Under the pieces are notes generated by a model. It searched no databases and had not been told where the DNA came from. It worked only from the letters and a program-made list of their open reading frames with translations. DNA of 64,000 nt from the human T2T-CHM13v2.0 reference genome, Homo sapiens, in NCBI RefSeq assembly GCF_009914755.1, contig NC_060931.1; one strand, written 5' to 3'. Numbering within the stretch: the stretch's first letter is position 1; the number at the start of each line of letters is the position of its first letter. Below are positions 33,319 through 48,339 of this stretch, piece by piece. The position numbers and the translations under genes were made by a program.

Positions 33319-33827
33319 CAATAACAAAAAACCAAACACTGCATATTCTCACTCATAGGCAGGAATTGAACAATGAGAACACATGGACACAGGAAGGGGA
33401 ACATCACACTCTGCAGACTGTTGTGGGGTTGGAGGGGGAGGGATAGCTTTAGGAGATATACCTAATGCTAAATGACAAGTTAATGGGTGCAGCACACCAG
33501 CATGGCACATGTATACATATGTAACTAACCTGCACATTGGTCACATGTACCCTAAAACTTAAAGTATAATTAAAAAAAAAGTTAATACTAAAGAAAGTCT
33601 TTTTTCCCTAAAATATTATTGTACAAAGAGAGAACTCTTAATAAATGTTGACCTCTGACAGAAGCTTAATTTATCCTAAAGCATTTATTAAACATCTATT
33701 GTGTACTAAAAATTGGAAAGGCTTTCTTTTGAGGAAAAAATAAAAAGGCACTATATTTGTTCTCAAACACTAGCGATATGAATAATAGGTGTCTATATCT
33801 GAGAAAAATGCAGAGGAAATAGAAGGG

Positions 33828-34232
33828 TTATCTAAGTCTATTTGGGCTCGTATAGCAAAATTCCTTAGAGGTGGATAGCTTATCAACAATAACAAAAATG
33901 AATGTCTCACAGTTCTGGAAGCTGGGAAGTCCAAACTCAGGTTGCCAGCGTAGTCAGGTTCTGCTGAAGAGGCTTTTCTAGGGAGGGTCCTCTGGCGAGG
34001 GTCCTTTTCTGTGCAGATTGCCAACTCCCTGTTGCATCCTCATATGGGAGAAGTGGAGAGGGGTCACTCTCTGGCCTACTATAAAAAGGCACTCATTCCA
34101 TTCATGAGAACTCTGCCTGCCCTTGTGACTTAATCACTTCCCATAAGACCCCACCTGCTAATACCCCCACCTGCTAATACCCATCATGGAGTTTTGAACT
34201 ACAATATATGAATTTTGCATTCAGACCATAAT
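33828..34232 (-). mobile_element. MLT1A-type MaLR solo LTR
   Basis: TCTCACAGTTCTGGAAGCTGGGAAGTCCAA...TAATCACTTCCC...CATTCAGACCATA; internal 16-bp tandem duplication CCCCACCTGCTAATAC. Confidence 0.85.
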
Positions 34233-35263
34233 AAAGAGTATATTTATTGCTTATCTAACGCTCTGTTTTAATCCTAAGAAATTTATATCACGCATCTACT
34301 TCGATGCTATAGCTAGACTAATACATGTTCATCTTCGTGCATTTTCCCATATATGCTATTTTACTTCCATCTGTACTTGAATTTTCTTAGTGGCTTGGGT
34401 AAAGCCTTGACATGTACACTTGTTAAAATGGCCTCTTGATGACTGACAAGATAACCAGCTACAATTAATGGTCATTGTAATGTTGAGGGGGAAAATCATC
34501 CTTGAAGATGATTAGATACTAAATGAATTAGCACACAGCATATTTAAACACAAGTATCAAGTCAACAAATATGATTTTATCAATCTTTAATAATTTTACT
34601 AACCTTTATTAATGTATATTCTAGTAATGATACTATATACTATGTACATATACAGGTAGCCTAGTATTTCATTTAAAATAAAATTGTATTCTTGAAATTA
34701 AAATCAATACAGAGGAAAGCTTATTTCTCTGAAATATTTACAAAATGCACAAATTTTTAAATTTCAAAATTTAACATTTGTGTTTTATTTTAATGAATAC
34801 AATTTTCAAGTATGTTATATGTACAGAATGGAATACATAGCACAAAAGAATTATTTACTATCTGTGTATGAACCTAAACTGCATCAATGACCATATAAAG
34901 CAGGTAATATAATTTAAAATAAACAATAATGATGTAACAAATTTTTTCATATATAAAATGAAAATTTTGGAGATTAACACTGCGTCTGCCTTTGTGGGTG
35001 ATTTATTCCACAGAGCTCTTTCAATTGTTTAGCTGCCTTGAATCTTGTAGCTTAGTTATAAAGAGAAGTTTGGAGGTAAATGTTCTGCAGCATTCAAAAG
35101 GCTTCCTTGAAAGCCATTTAATGCTTGAAAACCTTTTATTAATGTATTTGAAAATAGTCATGTTGGATTGGAATATGAGAGAAAAACTGATTTGGTTGAT
35201 TTTCCTGGCTCATCAGTTTTGAGGTTATTGTAACTAACACACCTCAGTCAGAGGCACTAATGA

Positions 35264-35810
<547 letters not shown>

Positions 35811-36556
35811 TAAGATGTACGATAACCTCCTTTGCAATTTTATTTAGTCAAAAGATAGTAAATGCAGTGTAAAGTCATTAGAGAAATATTGACTTTTAAG
35901 GATAATTAAAAACCATTAGGATAATAAACCTATGTTAAGGTTATTCCTGATTAAATCAATACCATCATGAGACATATTCCAAAGATCCACTGTGAGATGC
36001 TTTATGGAAACTCTAATTTCTAACTAAAAAGGCATGATATGTGAACACTCATAGCTTAATAAAAATTATAGTTAATATGAATGGCAGCCTGTCATCATAA
36101 ACATGGTTAGTAAATTTCCTGGTATCCCTCTCATATTCTTCCCAATTGGCATCATTCATGAAGTTTCTGTGTGATTAGTTCCAACTGGATTTCCAAGGTG
36201 ATCCCCCTTTTCTAAAAGAAATAATCATAATCTCTTCCCTTTGCCACAATGATGACTTCATGAATATGAATTGAGCTCAGGCCCCAGTCCTACCATGAAT
36301 TACATTCCTCCTATGATGCCGCTTGATTCAAGGGTGTACAAGAGCTTCATAAGGTCAAAACAAAGTGAAGTCCAGCAGTTTTGCTTTAGGATGAGGGAGA
36401 TAGATTCTCACTTTTACCGGATGCTGGGGTGTGTGGACTGATACCCAGAATAATCATAGTTATGTTGTTGCCCTGAAAGGTGCTAGCCTGAAGATGAAGA
36501 CATATAGAGGACAGGGGATGAGAACATCACACACTATCACTAAAAATCAGTTACTT

Positions 36557-36833
<277 letters not shown>

Positions 36834-37079
36834 AAAGTCAGTTACTTATTTACCTTTAACTATAGATGTCAAATTTAGAGTTAGATTTTCTGTTATGTAA
36901 AGTCAAAATTATTCTGAAACTCTTAGGTATGTGACGACTTGTAGGCAAAGTTATCTCTCCAAATTGGAAATTAGTAATCTTATTTAAATAGAGTCTTCAC
37001 ATTTAGTAAAAGCATATTGATGTTGGTACATTTAAATTGCAAAATAAAAGAATGACTTACTCTTTAGAAGCAAGAATAG

Positions 37080-37355
37080 GACTGGGCACAGTGGCTCACA
37101 CCTGTAATCCCAGCATTTTGGGAGGCTGAGGAGGGTGGATAACTTGAACTCAGTGGTTTGAGACCAGCCTGGCCAACATGGTGAAATCCCATCTCTACTA
37201 AAAATACAAAAATTAGCCAGGTATGGTAGCAGATACCCGTAATCCCAGCTACCTGGATGAGAATCACTTTAACCCAGGAGGCAGAGGTTGCAGTGAGCAG
37301 AGATTGTCTGGGTGACAGAGAGAGACTCTATCTAAAAAAACAAAACAAAGCAAAA
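37080..37355 (+). mobile_element. AluS (Sz-like) with two right-arm deletions
   Basis: Dimer with gaps after CCCAGCTAC and GAGATTG; TSD CAAGAATAG. Confidence 0.92.
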
Positions 37356-37545
37356 CAAGAATAGACAGTATATTCACCAGGTATACGTATATTAACTTCT
37401 ATTAATTTAATATTTTCGCAAATAGTTGTTTGAAGTCTCTGGTTTAGGATAGAACAGAAGTACATATTTTGGGTGATATCTGAAAAATGGACTCTGAAGG
37501 GAGCACAAGGAGAGAGAATCCAGAGTGAATAAGACAGTAGCTCAC

Positions 37546-37868
<323 letters not shown>

Positions 37869-38039
37869 TCACAGGCGCGTAATCCACATCACTGCTGTGC
37901 ATTCTGAGAGTGCAGGCGTGAAGTATAGTCAGTTCGGGATTGTAATCAGGGTCCTTAACTGAAAGATCTAAGGGAAACTAAGATGTTTTACCCCTCCCAC
38001 CCTAGACACACAGACAATAACAGCGGTGATAAATTTCAA

Positions 38040-40030
38040 GATGAAATCACAGATGTGCTCCTCCATCTCCCATTCTCAAAATTAGGAAGGCTTTATTTTG
38101 AGGTGCCAGAGCACACATTAGGGGACATACACCTTCCTAGGTAGACATTTCAGATATTTTAGAGAGCATGTGAATTAAGAACTTGAAGTCCCAAAATAGT
38201 GTTTAAAGACATATGGTAACTAGCAGAGGCATGAAAACGCTATTTTTATCAGCAAATCCCAGGGAAGGATGGGGAGACAGATGATCCTGTAAGGGAGCTA
38301 AATTTCTTACCTTTCATGGCATAGAGTCAACCACTTAAAGTCTAATGATGATGAGCGAAGAAACCGGTATGTAATTATTGAGGCATCATTGTGGACACAA
38401 CCAGGAAAATAAAATCTGAAAACAGGAGCCCTTAAAATACAATTTGAAATATGGTGTCAAGTTTGTTGGAGATTTGTTAATTCAAGTGGTGAGTTAACCT
38501 AAAAATATCACAGAGGCCAGGTGTGAGGTAAAAACACAAACTGTTTTCCTGCTTCTCTCGCACTACAACAGTGGGCACAGAAGGCGTCTGTGTGTGGGAC
38601 TTTCTCTCCATGTACCAAGTAAGCAACCAGTTCTGCAGTGGACACAAGCTGACTGTCCTCCAGCCCAGTTGCATTCTGACCCTGTCTATCTGGAGAGAGC
38701 CTCAGATCCCACAGGGTGAGGGCTCCATCCCACAGGCCTGCCCTCCACTTCCCATGCCAGTTGCAAGCCCCAGGCTCTTTTACCTGTGCTTCTGACTGAC
38801 CAGCTGTAAGTCAGGGATCCCACCACCTCCTCCTTGGGTTTGATTAATTTGCTAGAGTGGCTTACAGAACTCAGGGAAAGACTTATTTACATTTTCCAGT
38901 TTATTATGAAAGATATGACAAAGGATACAGATGAAGAGATGTCTAGGGTGAGGTATGCAGGAAGGGGCCTGAAGCTTCCATGCCCTCTTTGGGGACATCA
39001 CCCTCTAGGAACCTCCATGTGTTCAGCTGTCCAGAAGCTCTTCGAACCCTGTCCTCTTGGACCTTTTATGGAGATTGCATTGGACAGGCATGATTGAAGC
39101 ATGGAGAAATGTCATTACACAAGAAGGGTAAGGTATAGTCCTCATAGACTGGGTAGCGAAACCCGGCAAAGCCTGTCTGTTCTGTCTGCTCTGTCGATTC
39201 TTCTTGGCCTCGCTGTGCAGTATTCTTCTCTCCCAGGAATGGGGCAGGACTCCTGGAATGGGGGCCTATGAACAACAATCAGACAAGCAGATCAGAGAAT
39301 TTCTTTGTAGCCCCCTCCAGGACAGAAAGGCGGAGGAAGATTCCTGCCCTGGGGAGAAAAATGAGTGGATAAAAGGAAGGGAGGAGAAAGGCAGAGAGAG
39401 TCTGTTTTCTGAGGTTTGCTCCTGAGGTCTAAAGAACCCCAACGTTATAACAAAGGCCACAGGAGTTAGAGCCAGAACATAAATGAAAATACATATATAA
39501 AAAACATAAAATAATAATGAAAAAGGGAGGAGGCTACTATTGTTTATGACTCAATGTAAAACTTGCAGAGAGAAATGAGTGAAGAATAATACTTCAATCA
39601 TTCTTCTGTCTTGGTGTTCACAACATAGAGACACACACACATATACACACAGAATCAGAATCAGAATGAAGGAGACATAAAGATACCATATGTGCATAGA
39701 TGGACTTCCTGTAAGAATGAATAGAGAAGGAAAGGAATAGAAATGTAAGAGAATACAAACAGTTATTCCAGTAGAGAATGAAACGATATAATTATTGAGT
39801 GATCGTTCATGGAGTGGTTTTGGAAGACTCTCAGGAGGAGTCTCCTGTCCTTGATGGCCTATTAGCCCTTTTTGCCACATGTGAACCCTAACACTCTGAA
39901 GGTGAAAGATAATAACAGACAGTGTTGAGACCAGAGCTAAAATTGTTGAACACATAATCATGACAGGGTAAATTAACTATTTCACTTTATCAAATGTTTT
40001 AATAAACTCTTAAATAATATGCATTGAAAA
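38040..40030 (+). mobile_element. HAL1/L1ME-like old LINE remnant, interrupted by the MER21 LTR
   Basis: GGGAGCTAAATTTCTTACCTTTCATGGCATAGAGTCAA resembles a recalled HAL1 segment. Boundaries are fuzzy. Confidence 0.4.
38522..39510 (-). mobile_element. MER21(A)-like solo LTR
   Basis: GATTAATTTGCTAGAGTGGCTTACAGAACTCAGGGAAA...GTTTATTATGAAAGATATGACAAAGGATACAGATGAAGAGATG. Confidence 0.8.
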
Positions 40031-40979
40031 ACTGGCATTTGATGTGGAACATTCTCTTAGATACTATATTTTATAATTTTTAAATTTATGTATGTATTTA
40101 TTTTGGTGAGCAACTGAAAACTGCAATTGTCAGTGAACTTCCAAGTGAAATGCCTTTGCGCTGTCTGAGTTTTAGATCTTCAAAAGCTCAAATGAGTAAT
40201 CCTGTCAAATTACATGGGTTGATATGGAAGAGAGATAAGTAAATAAAACTCCACTATAATATTTGTGTGGTACCACACACATTTGGCTTAAAAATAAAAA
40301 GGGATTGAAGACTGTGTAAAGAAATGGAATTTTTTAAAAGATAAGATAGGAGTAAATATAGAAAAGGTCTTAAATGACTTCAGGCAGTGAAGCAAAAAGC
40401 ACATTCCCTTGTTTCTTCCTGTAGAATGATACCCTAGACCAGGCTATTAGCTGTGGATAGGAGCCCTTTATAGTTCAGCAAACTATTAATTTATAGTTTA
40501 CCCTTTCAGCTAAGACATTGAAGCTATTCTTTAAAAATTTGAGATAATTTGACTATTTAAAAATTCAACTACCTTTGCAAAATCAAAACAGATCTGTTTT
40601 GTAAGAGGTTTGCCATTTCAGCATCTCACTGCAAGTGATAAGGTGGTTCAGTGTTTAACCAAAGATCATGGCCACTTGACCCGGTCTTCAACCCAGCGCT
40701 GTGCCAGGCTGCACATGGAGGGCACCAGCTGAGTATCACCAGCCAAAGGACTCTTTCAAATGACACCAGAAAAGCCTGTCCTGTTCAGAAAAATGACATT
40801 TCCAGGAGTTGGAATAATGCTAAACTACATGGTCTGTAAAGTTTCCTCTAAGTAATATCTAAGGCACTGTGAGTCTAGCCTTGGGAACATATTTGTCAAA
40901 AGACTATTTAAGAAGGGGAGATTTTTCAGTCCTCATTGTGTTCTCTCTCTCCCTCTCTCTAGTTAAATGTATATATTCA

Positions 40980-41455
40980 TCAGGTATTTGAACTCATTTT
41001 GCTAAACATGGGACACAGAATTAATAGGCATTAATATTTTGTCCAAATTTAGATAATAAGATCATATATATATAATATATATATTTAACTCTCCTCTTGC
41101 TACTTTACTAAATATATATTTATTAATAGAAATGAGTATTACATGTTAATCTCTGAAGATCCCAAAATAAATAAGAAAGTGTCCAGCCTTTCAAGTAGCT
41201 CTCAGTGCATTGGGGAAAATGAATGAGAAAAGTAAGTTCTACTGTAGTATTAAAGCAAGAGTGTGAATAAAATTTTGTTACAGTTAAACACAGAGCACTT
41301 TTAAAAGTTTGAGATTTTGAGTAAGGTTAATTTATGGTTTAGCTATACCTCCTGTGGAAGTTCTGAAGATCTTATTGATTTTCTACATTTGGACAAAACA
41401 TTAATGCCTATTAATTCTGAGTCCCATGTTTAGCAAAGTGAGTCCAAACACCTGA
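40980..41455. repeat. ~85-bp inverted repeat (arms 40980-41063 and 41368-41455) around a ~304-bp spacer
   Basis: Hand alignment: 64/69 identity in the core, plus AATAAGATC / GATCTTATT at the inner ends. Confidence 0.95.
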
Positions 41456-41569
41456 GAATCAAGTGACTTTCCCCCAGTATTGATTTTGTTAGTGGTAACA
41501 ATTTGAAGATCTCCTTAACTCTTCTGTTCTCCCAGTTGTCTTTACTCTAAATGTTGCCCTGTGTATTTA

Positions 41570-42050
41570 AAACCTCTAAAATCCACATTCCTTCCCATAG
41601 CCTGTTCCCTTTCTACTTCCCTGGCCTCGTCTTATACTGTGTATGATAGCCACACTGGCCGCCTTCTATTTTTACAAAGATTGCTGTCTCTTTTATACTT
41701 GATGTTTCCCTCTTCCTAGAATACTACTCCCTCCAATCTTTATATGGCTGGCTCCTTCTTATTATCCAGATCGCATCTCAAATTGTCTCCACAGAGAGTG
41801 CTTTATTGATACTCAAACTAAATAACAACACCCTTGCCCCACAATTACATTTCATTCCATGTTTTTCCATTATTACAATTTAAGGTTTCACAGCCTTTGT
41901 GTCTGTAATTATTTTATTTGTTTATCATCTGGTTTCCTCTAATTGAAATAGGTCCGTGAAAGCAGAGTGTGATCTCTCCAATCCTGTATCTCCAACACTA
42001 TGAGCAGTGTTGAGCCATAAGTCCAAAAAAATGTTTGTTGAAGGAAGAAA
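41570..42050 (+). mobile_element. L2 3' region
   Basis: AGCCACACTGGCC...ATGGCTGGCTCCTTCTTATTAT...CCGTGAAAGCAGAG...TGTTTGTTGAAGGAAGAA. Confidence 0.75.
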
Positions 42051-42286
42051 TACTTCTAGTTCCCACAAATTATGCAAAGGGTAAAGTAAAATCTGTCTAA
42101 ATATTATGAGGGCACCAAGAGGGTTACATTTGTAAAAAGAAGAAATAATAACTATGTAAGCTGAAAACTCTGTATTACTGACTCCTTATAAGAGGACTAT
42201 AAAAGAGAAGAGTAAAATATAAATCAGATGATGAAGGTATAATATTTTCACATGTTTTGTTAATATTTAGTTTAACCTAAGTCATG

Positions 42287-42363
42287 TTAGGTTGGTGCAA
42301 AATAAGTGTGGCTTTGACATTACTTTTAATGGCTAAACTGCAATTACTTTTGCACCAACCTGA
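42287..42363. mobile_element. MADE1 (HSMAR1-derived MITE)
   Basis: TTAGGTTGGTGCAAAA...CATTACTTTTAATGG...TTTTGCACCAACCTGA; ~80-bp palindrome followed by TA. Confidence 0.93.
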
Positions 42364-42409
42364 TAAATGTAACCTTTTTCCAGGTGGATGTCCTAGTTGG
42401 TTAGTGATG

Positions 42410-42685
42410 CTTTTTCCATTAGATTTGAAGTCATTGACGTTGTCCAGGAAAAGAAAAGAGCCCAGGACAGAGTTTTTGGAGGATATGAACAGGCAGAGGA
42501 GGATGAAAATGAAAAGCCAGAAAGATTAATAGGAAATCAGGTGGATAGGGGGATGTGGTAATGTTGGTGGGGGTTACCTATGTAGTTCTAGTAAAGAAAC
42601 CAAAAGGCAAAACAGAATGTCAGAAGGGGGCAAGTGATCAACACTATTAATGCTATGAAAAAGCTAATACAGGTAAGGACTGAGC
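42410..42685 (-). mobile_element. L2 fragment
   Basis: AAGAGCCCAGGACAGAG...GGCAGAGGAGGA...AAGTGATCAACACT...AAGGACTGAG. Confidence 0.6.
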
Positions 42686-42831
42686 TGTATGTGTCGGTGA
42701 AACTCAAGCTGCTGTAACACATAAGTCCTTGATTGACAATGGTTTGCCCAGTGGAAGGTTGATTCTCAGGAGCAGAACAGTCCAGGTAATCTTGGTTGGC
42801 AGGGAGCTTTGTAATAATTGGAGACCAGGTG

Positions 42832-43211
42832 TGGAATCTGTTTTTGAGTGGCTATAACAGGATACCCAACACTGGGTAATTTATAATGAAAAGAGATTTA
42901 ATGGGCTCTGCAGACTGTACAGGAAGTGTGGTACAAACATCTGTTTCTGCTGATGTCCTCAAGTAGTTTCCAGTCATGGCAGAAGGGGAAGGAGAAACAG
43001 ATGTGTCACGTGGCAAGAGAGGAAGCAAGGTGGGAGGTGCCATGCTCTTTGAAACAACCAGATCTAGCATGAACTGACCTATCACCAAGGCAACTGCGCT
43101 AAACTATTCATGATCCCTTGTAATCCAAACACCTACCACCAGGCCCCGCCTCCAACACGGAATTACATTTCCACATGAGATTCTGAGGAGACAAACATCA
43201 AAATTATATCA
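42832..43211 (-). mobile_element. MSTB-type MaLR solo LTR, inside an older MLT1-like LTR
   Basis: CTGGGTAATTTATAATGAAAAGAG...CATGGCAGAAGGGGAAGG...CATGAGATT...ACAAACATCAAAATTATATCA. Confidence 0.85.
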
Positions 43212-44202
43212 TCGGGTTCCTTCCTTCTTTTGGCCTCACTCTATTTTAGGGTTCCAGAGTCCCCTACATTCAGCTACTGAGTGTGGAAAACAGACAAGAG
43301 AAGTCACAACTGCTTTTTCTACCCCTTAGCCTAAAAATTATACACATCACTTCTACTCATATTCCCTAGGCACAAGGTCCCATGGTTATGCAAAGGAGCC
43401 AAAAAATGTAGTTGGTAGAAGCAGCTATTTCTTGGATATAGATTTATATTATGGAAGGAGAAGCAGAAATAATGATGGGCAGTGACCCATCTTCTGTGAT
43501 ACTTTAGAAATTTGTGCAACTAAGTCATTTTTCACTTCATAAATATTGATTGATCTCCTAAAAATATAGGACTACATGGTAATTTGTGTCTGCTCCCAAA
43601 GAGTTATAACTTATTGGAAGAAATAAGATTTACAAATGAATTATGGTAATTCAAAGATATTTCTGATTTATTCGTGTAAATTTTGGGATAGAAAAATAGA
43701 TGAGAACAGTAGAAAACAAGTACATGTGTATTACTAACCCAGCAAAAATATAAACCCTTTTTACTGCTACATTTTGCCATTTTCAGAATAAACTTGCATA
43801 AATTCTCCTCATTCTTAGCTCAAACTGTGCTGCTGATTGGATTGAACTACTTGTATATGAATGTATCTTGGTGTGATACGTAGCCCATTAAAAACCTAGT
43901 ATGGATTTCTTAACTAAAATCCTGTATTCCTAATTTACGTTGATTTCCATTTTTTTAATCTCAAAGTAATATTTCAGTTTTATTATTGGGTAAACAATGT
44001 GTATTCTGGCTTAGAACACTTTAAAGTTATTTCAGAAGAGGTCACAGGGGAAGAAAGATCCAGAAAAGTGGAATATTTTCATGAATCATTAAGTTAATAA
44101 CTTTGGAGGAGGAAGGTATGTCTAGAAAAGGCTTAAAACAAAACGATTAGACTTACTTTAAATATTTTTATTTCAAATTAAGTAGATGAAGATGGTATAA
44201 AT

Positions 44203-44528
44203 CAGGAGTTAGCAAACCTTATATTGAAAAGGGCCGGACAGTGAATACTTTAGGATTTGCAGAACGCATATAATCTTCGTCACAAATATTCAATTCTGCC
44301 ATTACAGCATGAAAGCAGACATCAGAGACAGGGCAAAAGCATAAACCAGCGAGTGTTAATGTATTTCAATAGAAGTTTATTAATTGACACTGGACTTTGA
44401 ATTTCATACAATTTTCCTACATTATATAACATTATTCTTTCTTTGATTTTCCCTCACCATTTAAACATGTAAATGGACCATGCAAAAACAGGTGGTGGGC
44501 TGGTTTGGCCCATAGGCTATAACCCCTG
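44203..44528 (+). mobile_element. MER58B (hAT-Charlie)
   Basis: CAGGAGTTAGCAAAC...TTTGAATTTCATACAATTTTC...AACCCCTG; 8-bp TSD GTATAAAT / GTATATAG. Confidence 0.86.
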
Positions 44529-46438
44529 GTATATAGAGCCATTAACATAAAAATACAATTTAAAGCTAATTTAGAAAATTTTACCCAAAGCTGTGTAAAT
44601 TATAACACATTAATTATTATATTCTACATACTCATTTAGGGTGGAACTTTATAAAATATCTTTTAAAAATATATAATATATAAGATCATGTTATGTACTA
44701 CAAAATTTTAACACAAACATTAACACCCCATTCTTTGTGTTTTTTTGAGAAGTTTTTGTTGTTACTTACACGAATGAAGCTATAGGAAATTATCCTAGGT
44801 CAGTTCAACAGAGGAGACATTTTCAGTCTTGCTCATGTTTAGCACTCTTTGAAAGTCTTGATGCTCAATTAGTCAATTAGTAGCCGCCAGATGGAGAAGG
44901 GTATTTCTTCACAGGAACACGTGTTGCTATGTGTGTGATTAAGAGGGTGAAAGATGCTGTTGTGTGTCAGACCTCTCTGTGTTCCTTTTAGATGTCACTA
45001 GCTCAATCACCAAGGGCAATGGACCATAAGATACTTATGTATCTTCTGCTTGGCTTCATGCTTGATGCCTCTGATCAGACTCAGTGTTTCATTTCCAGTA
45101 TCACAGATGACAGAGTAAAATGCAAAATGTGTTGCTGCACATGTCAAAAGGTCCAGAGAAGAAAAGACAGCTCTACTTTTGCATTTGGATTAACAGCAAT
45201 TGAAAATAAATGCCCATTTCCAATTCTTTGATATTGTTTAAATTTATATGTTTGATATCTGTTTGTTATTATCTACACGTATCCAGGGATTATTTGCCTA
45301 AGCTGCAAAATTGGAAAAAAAAGTACAGATTTAGAAAATATGCTGCCAATGGCTTAATTCAGATTCATTGTTAAACCACAATATTAAAGTACACTGTTAA
45401 CATAATGTACACTGATAGTTTTGTTTGATAATTACCTACTTGAAATAGTAGACTGATAAATTGTCCCAATTGGAGAAGACCTTCAACCATCTATGCCAAC
45501 CTTCTAGACTGCAATTATTAATTAATCATTTCTGGAACAAAAGCTCCTAAAAATGGCTTTTAAAATTGTGTTTTCTGCTGAAAGATTCTGCTGAATGGAA
45601 GTGGGAGTGTGAAGCCTAGGAAAGAATATATTCATTTCATGTTTTTGATTAGCTCTGAAATTTTATTTACCCTCTTACCTAGAGGAAGAGTGCCAGTGTA
45701 TATTCCCTAATCCTCTGCTCAGGAAATTCAACACTTTCTGCAATTTGTACTTGAAAAAAGGTACACAATTTTAGAAAACATAGACAAAAAAAACAGAACA
45801 AAACCAAACAAAAGGCAATTATTGATGTGAAGCAAAAAGTATTAATGCACTAAAGAGTTGCTTCAGGATGCCTCCCTTGCCCCATCGCTACACACAACTA
45901 CCCTACAAACGCCAAGATTCAAATGTGATACTCTCTTCCATATTACATTTGAATCTTCTTTTTCCAGGAAAAGCAGAGTATGTATGGGTGTACCCATAGT
46001 AAGCATGAGGGCTTCCATTGTTTTTCCATTTGGCGAGTTGAAAAACAAGTGTGCTGCATTCTCCTGTCTGTTACGGTACAGATATCTTCATTGGAGCACT
46101 ATTTGTGAAGCACACAGTTTTCAAGTCTTCTAGAGCAAATTTGTTTGTCACCATCAGAAGGGCTGGAAATAAAAATATGTTTGCAATTGACATAGTGCAG
46201 GAACTGGTTAACAGCTTCAAAGAATTTATAAAGAATATTTGTCTCTGAAATGTTATAAATACCCATGGTGAAAAAGACCTACTTAGAAGATGTTTTCTTT
46301 AATATTCATTGTGTTTTACCAAATACAGTGAGGATATATGAGCAATTAGAAACATGTGCCTGCAGGTTGGCTCTTGCTTTCTTTGCAGACCTACTGCCCT
46401 TCTTGTTCTTCCTCTCCATCATTTTCATTGCCTTGTTA

Positions 46439-46750
<312 letters not shown>

Positions 46751-47645
46751 GATTTCTTAACCTGCTTTTCCCTCCGTTGCTTTTGCCTGTTTCCCTTTCC
46801 TAGTTTTCACTTTATTTTTTTTTCTCTCTCCTATTCTGTTTTTTATTCTTTGTTCCACTTTATAATCTCCCTTGGTGTGAAGAATGGCTGCAGTTTTAGT
46901 CATGGCTATAAGACAATGTCATTTTAGAGAGCTAATGTGTCCTGTCATTGAAAGGATGAGATGATAACAGAAGTAAGAGGGGCTGGTGTCCTACATCTCC
47001 ACGGCAAGGATTTCGCCCTTCTCCCAATGGTGTGGTTCATTGAAATAGCTCCACATCCTCATTAAGTTTATTTTTATAGTATTTCTGTCTCTAATATTTT
47101 TTCCCCATGGAAAGATTAGGTTTTCTTTTTGAGTCCTTCTGGCTCTCCCATTGTCCCTGTTTGCTGGCAGTGGAAATGCTATAAATCAGTATTGAGGTCT
47201 GGCAATTTTGCATGCCGTCAGCTAAACATAATGCTGTTGAAATTCAAGCACAGTTCTTTTTAAGTAGACATTTAATTTTAGTAGAATTTGCATTTGACAG
47301 TTTGAATTCATGTGTTTCAGCATCTGAGTGAAATAGCCCTCTCTGAGTTCTAATGGAATGAATTTAGTGAAATTAACCTTTTGTCACAAAAACACACTAT
47401 CCTAGGCAAAAGTTTTCACACTGTTTTCAGTCAGTTCTATGTAGTTATAATAGAATGAATCTTCCTAATTTAAGTCATAGAATGATAAAAGCAGTGATGA
47501 AAAGAGAATGTACACCTAGGAGTCCTTAATTACTCTGTGAAGTGCCAGCAATAAGTATGGGACATTGACGTGAAACTCCAGTTCATTACATCAAAAAAAA
47601 TATTAATGGTGAGATGTCTGACACTGACAAAATACCTAGACATAA

Positions 47646-47959
<314 letters not shown>

Positions 47960-48339
47960 AATTTTTAAATTTACTCTTAATATGTATTCTTGAGCTAATT
48001 AATGAGAAAATTCAAACAATCATATTCAGTAAAGTTAACCATCAACACAGTCGATAAGTTTTTCACAAATATTCTCCCTTTTCTTTGAAATAAAGAAACC
48101 AGATATAGAAATAAGAAGTTTCTATTTTAAATATTTAATATTTCTTCTGGACAACATTAAAGCTATTAAACAATGCCATTGGCCAACTATCAATTGTTAA
48201 GTGTGTCCAAACCCTGGCATTCAATTTTTTTCCAAGACACTTAAACATTTAAAGTCTGTTTTTAAAATCTTAATTATTTTTATTAAAAAAGGATTTTTTT
48301 AAGAAAAAATGATTTTTTGGTAACACTTTAGGTTGCAAT

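Noticed and set aside
44992-45231. Plus-strand acceptor followed directly by ATG and a 79-aa ORF
   Set aside because: The acceptor is plausible but there is no good donor and no recognisable homology; too weak to call.
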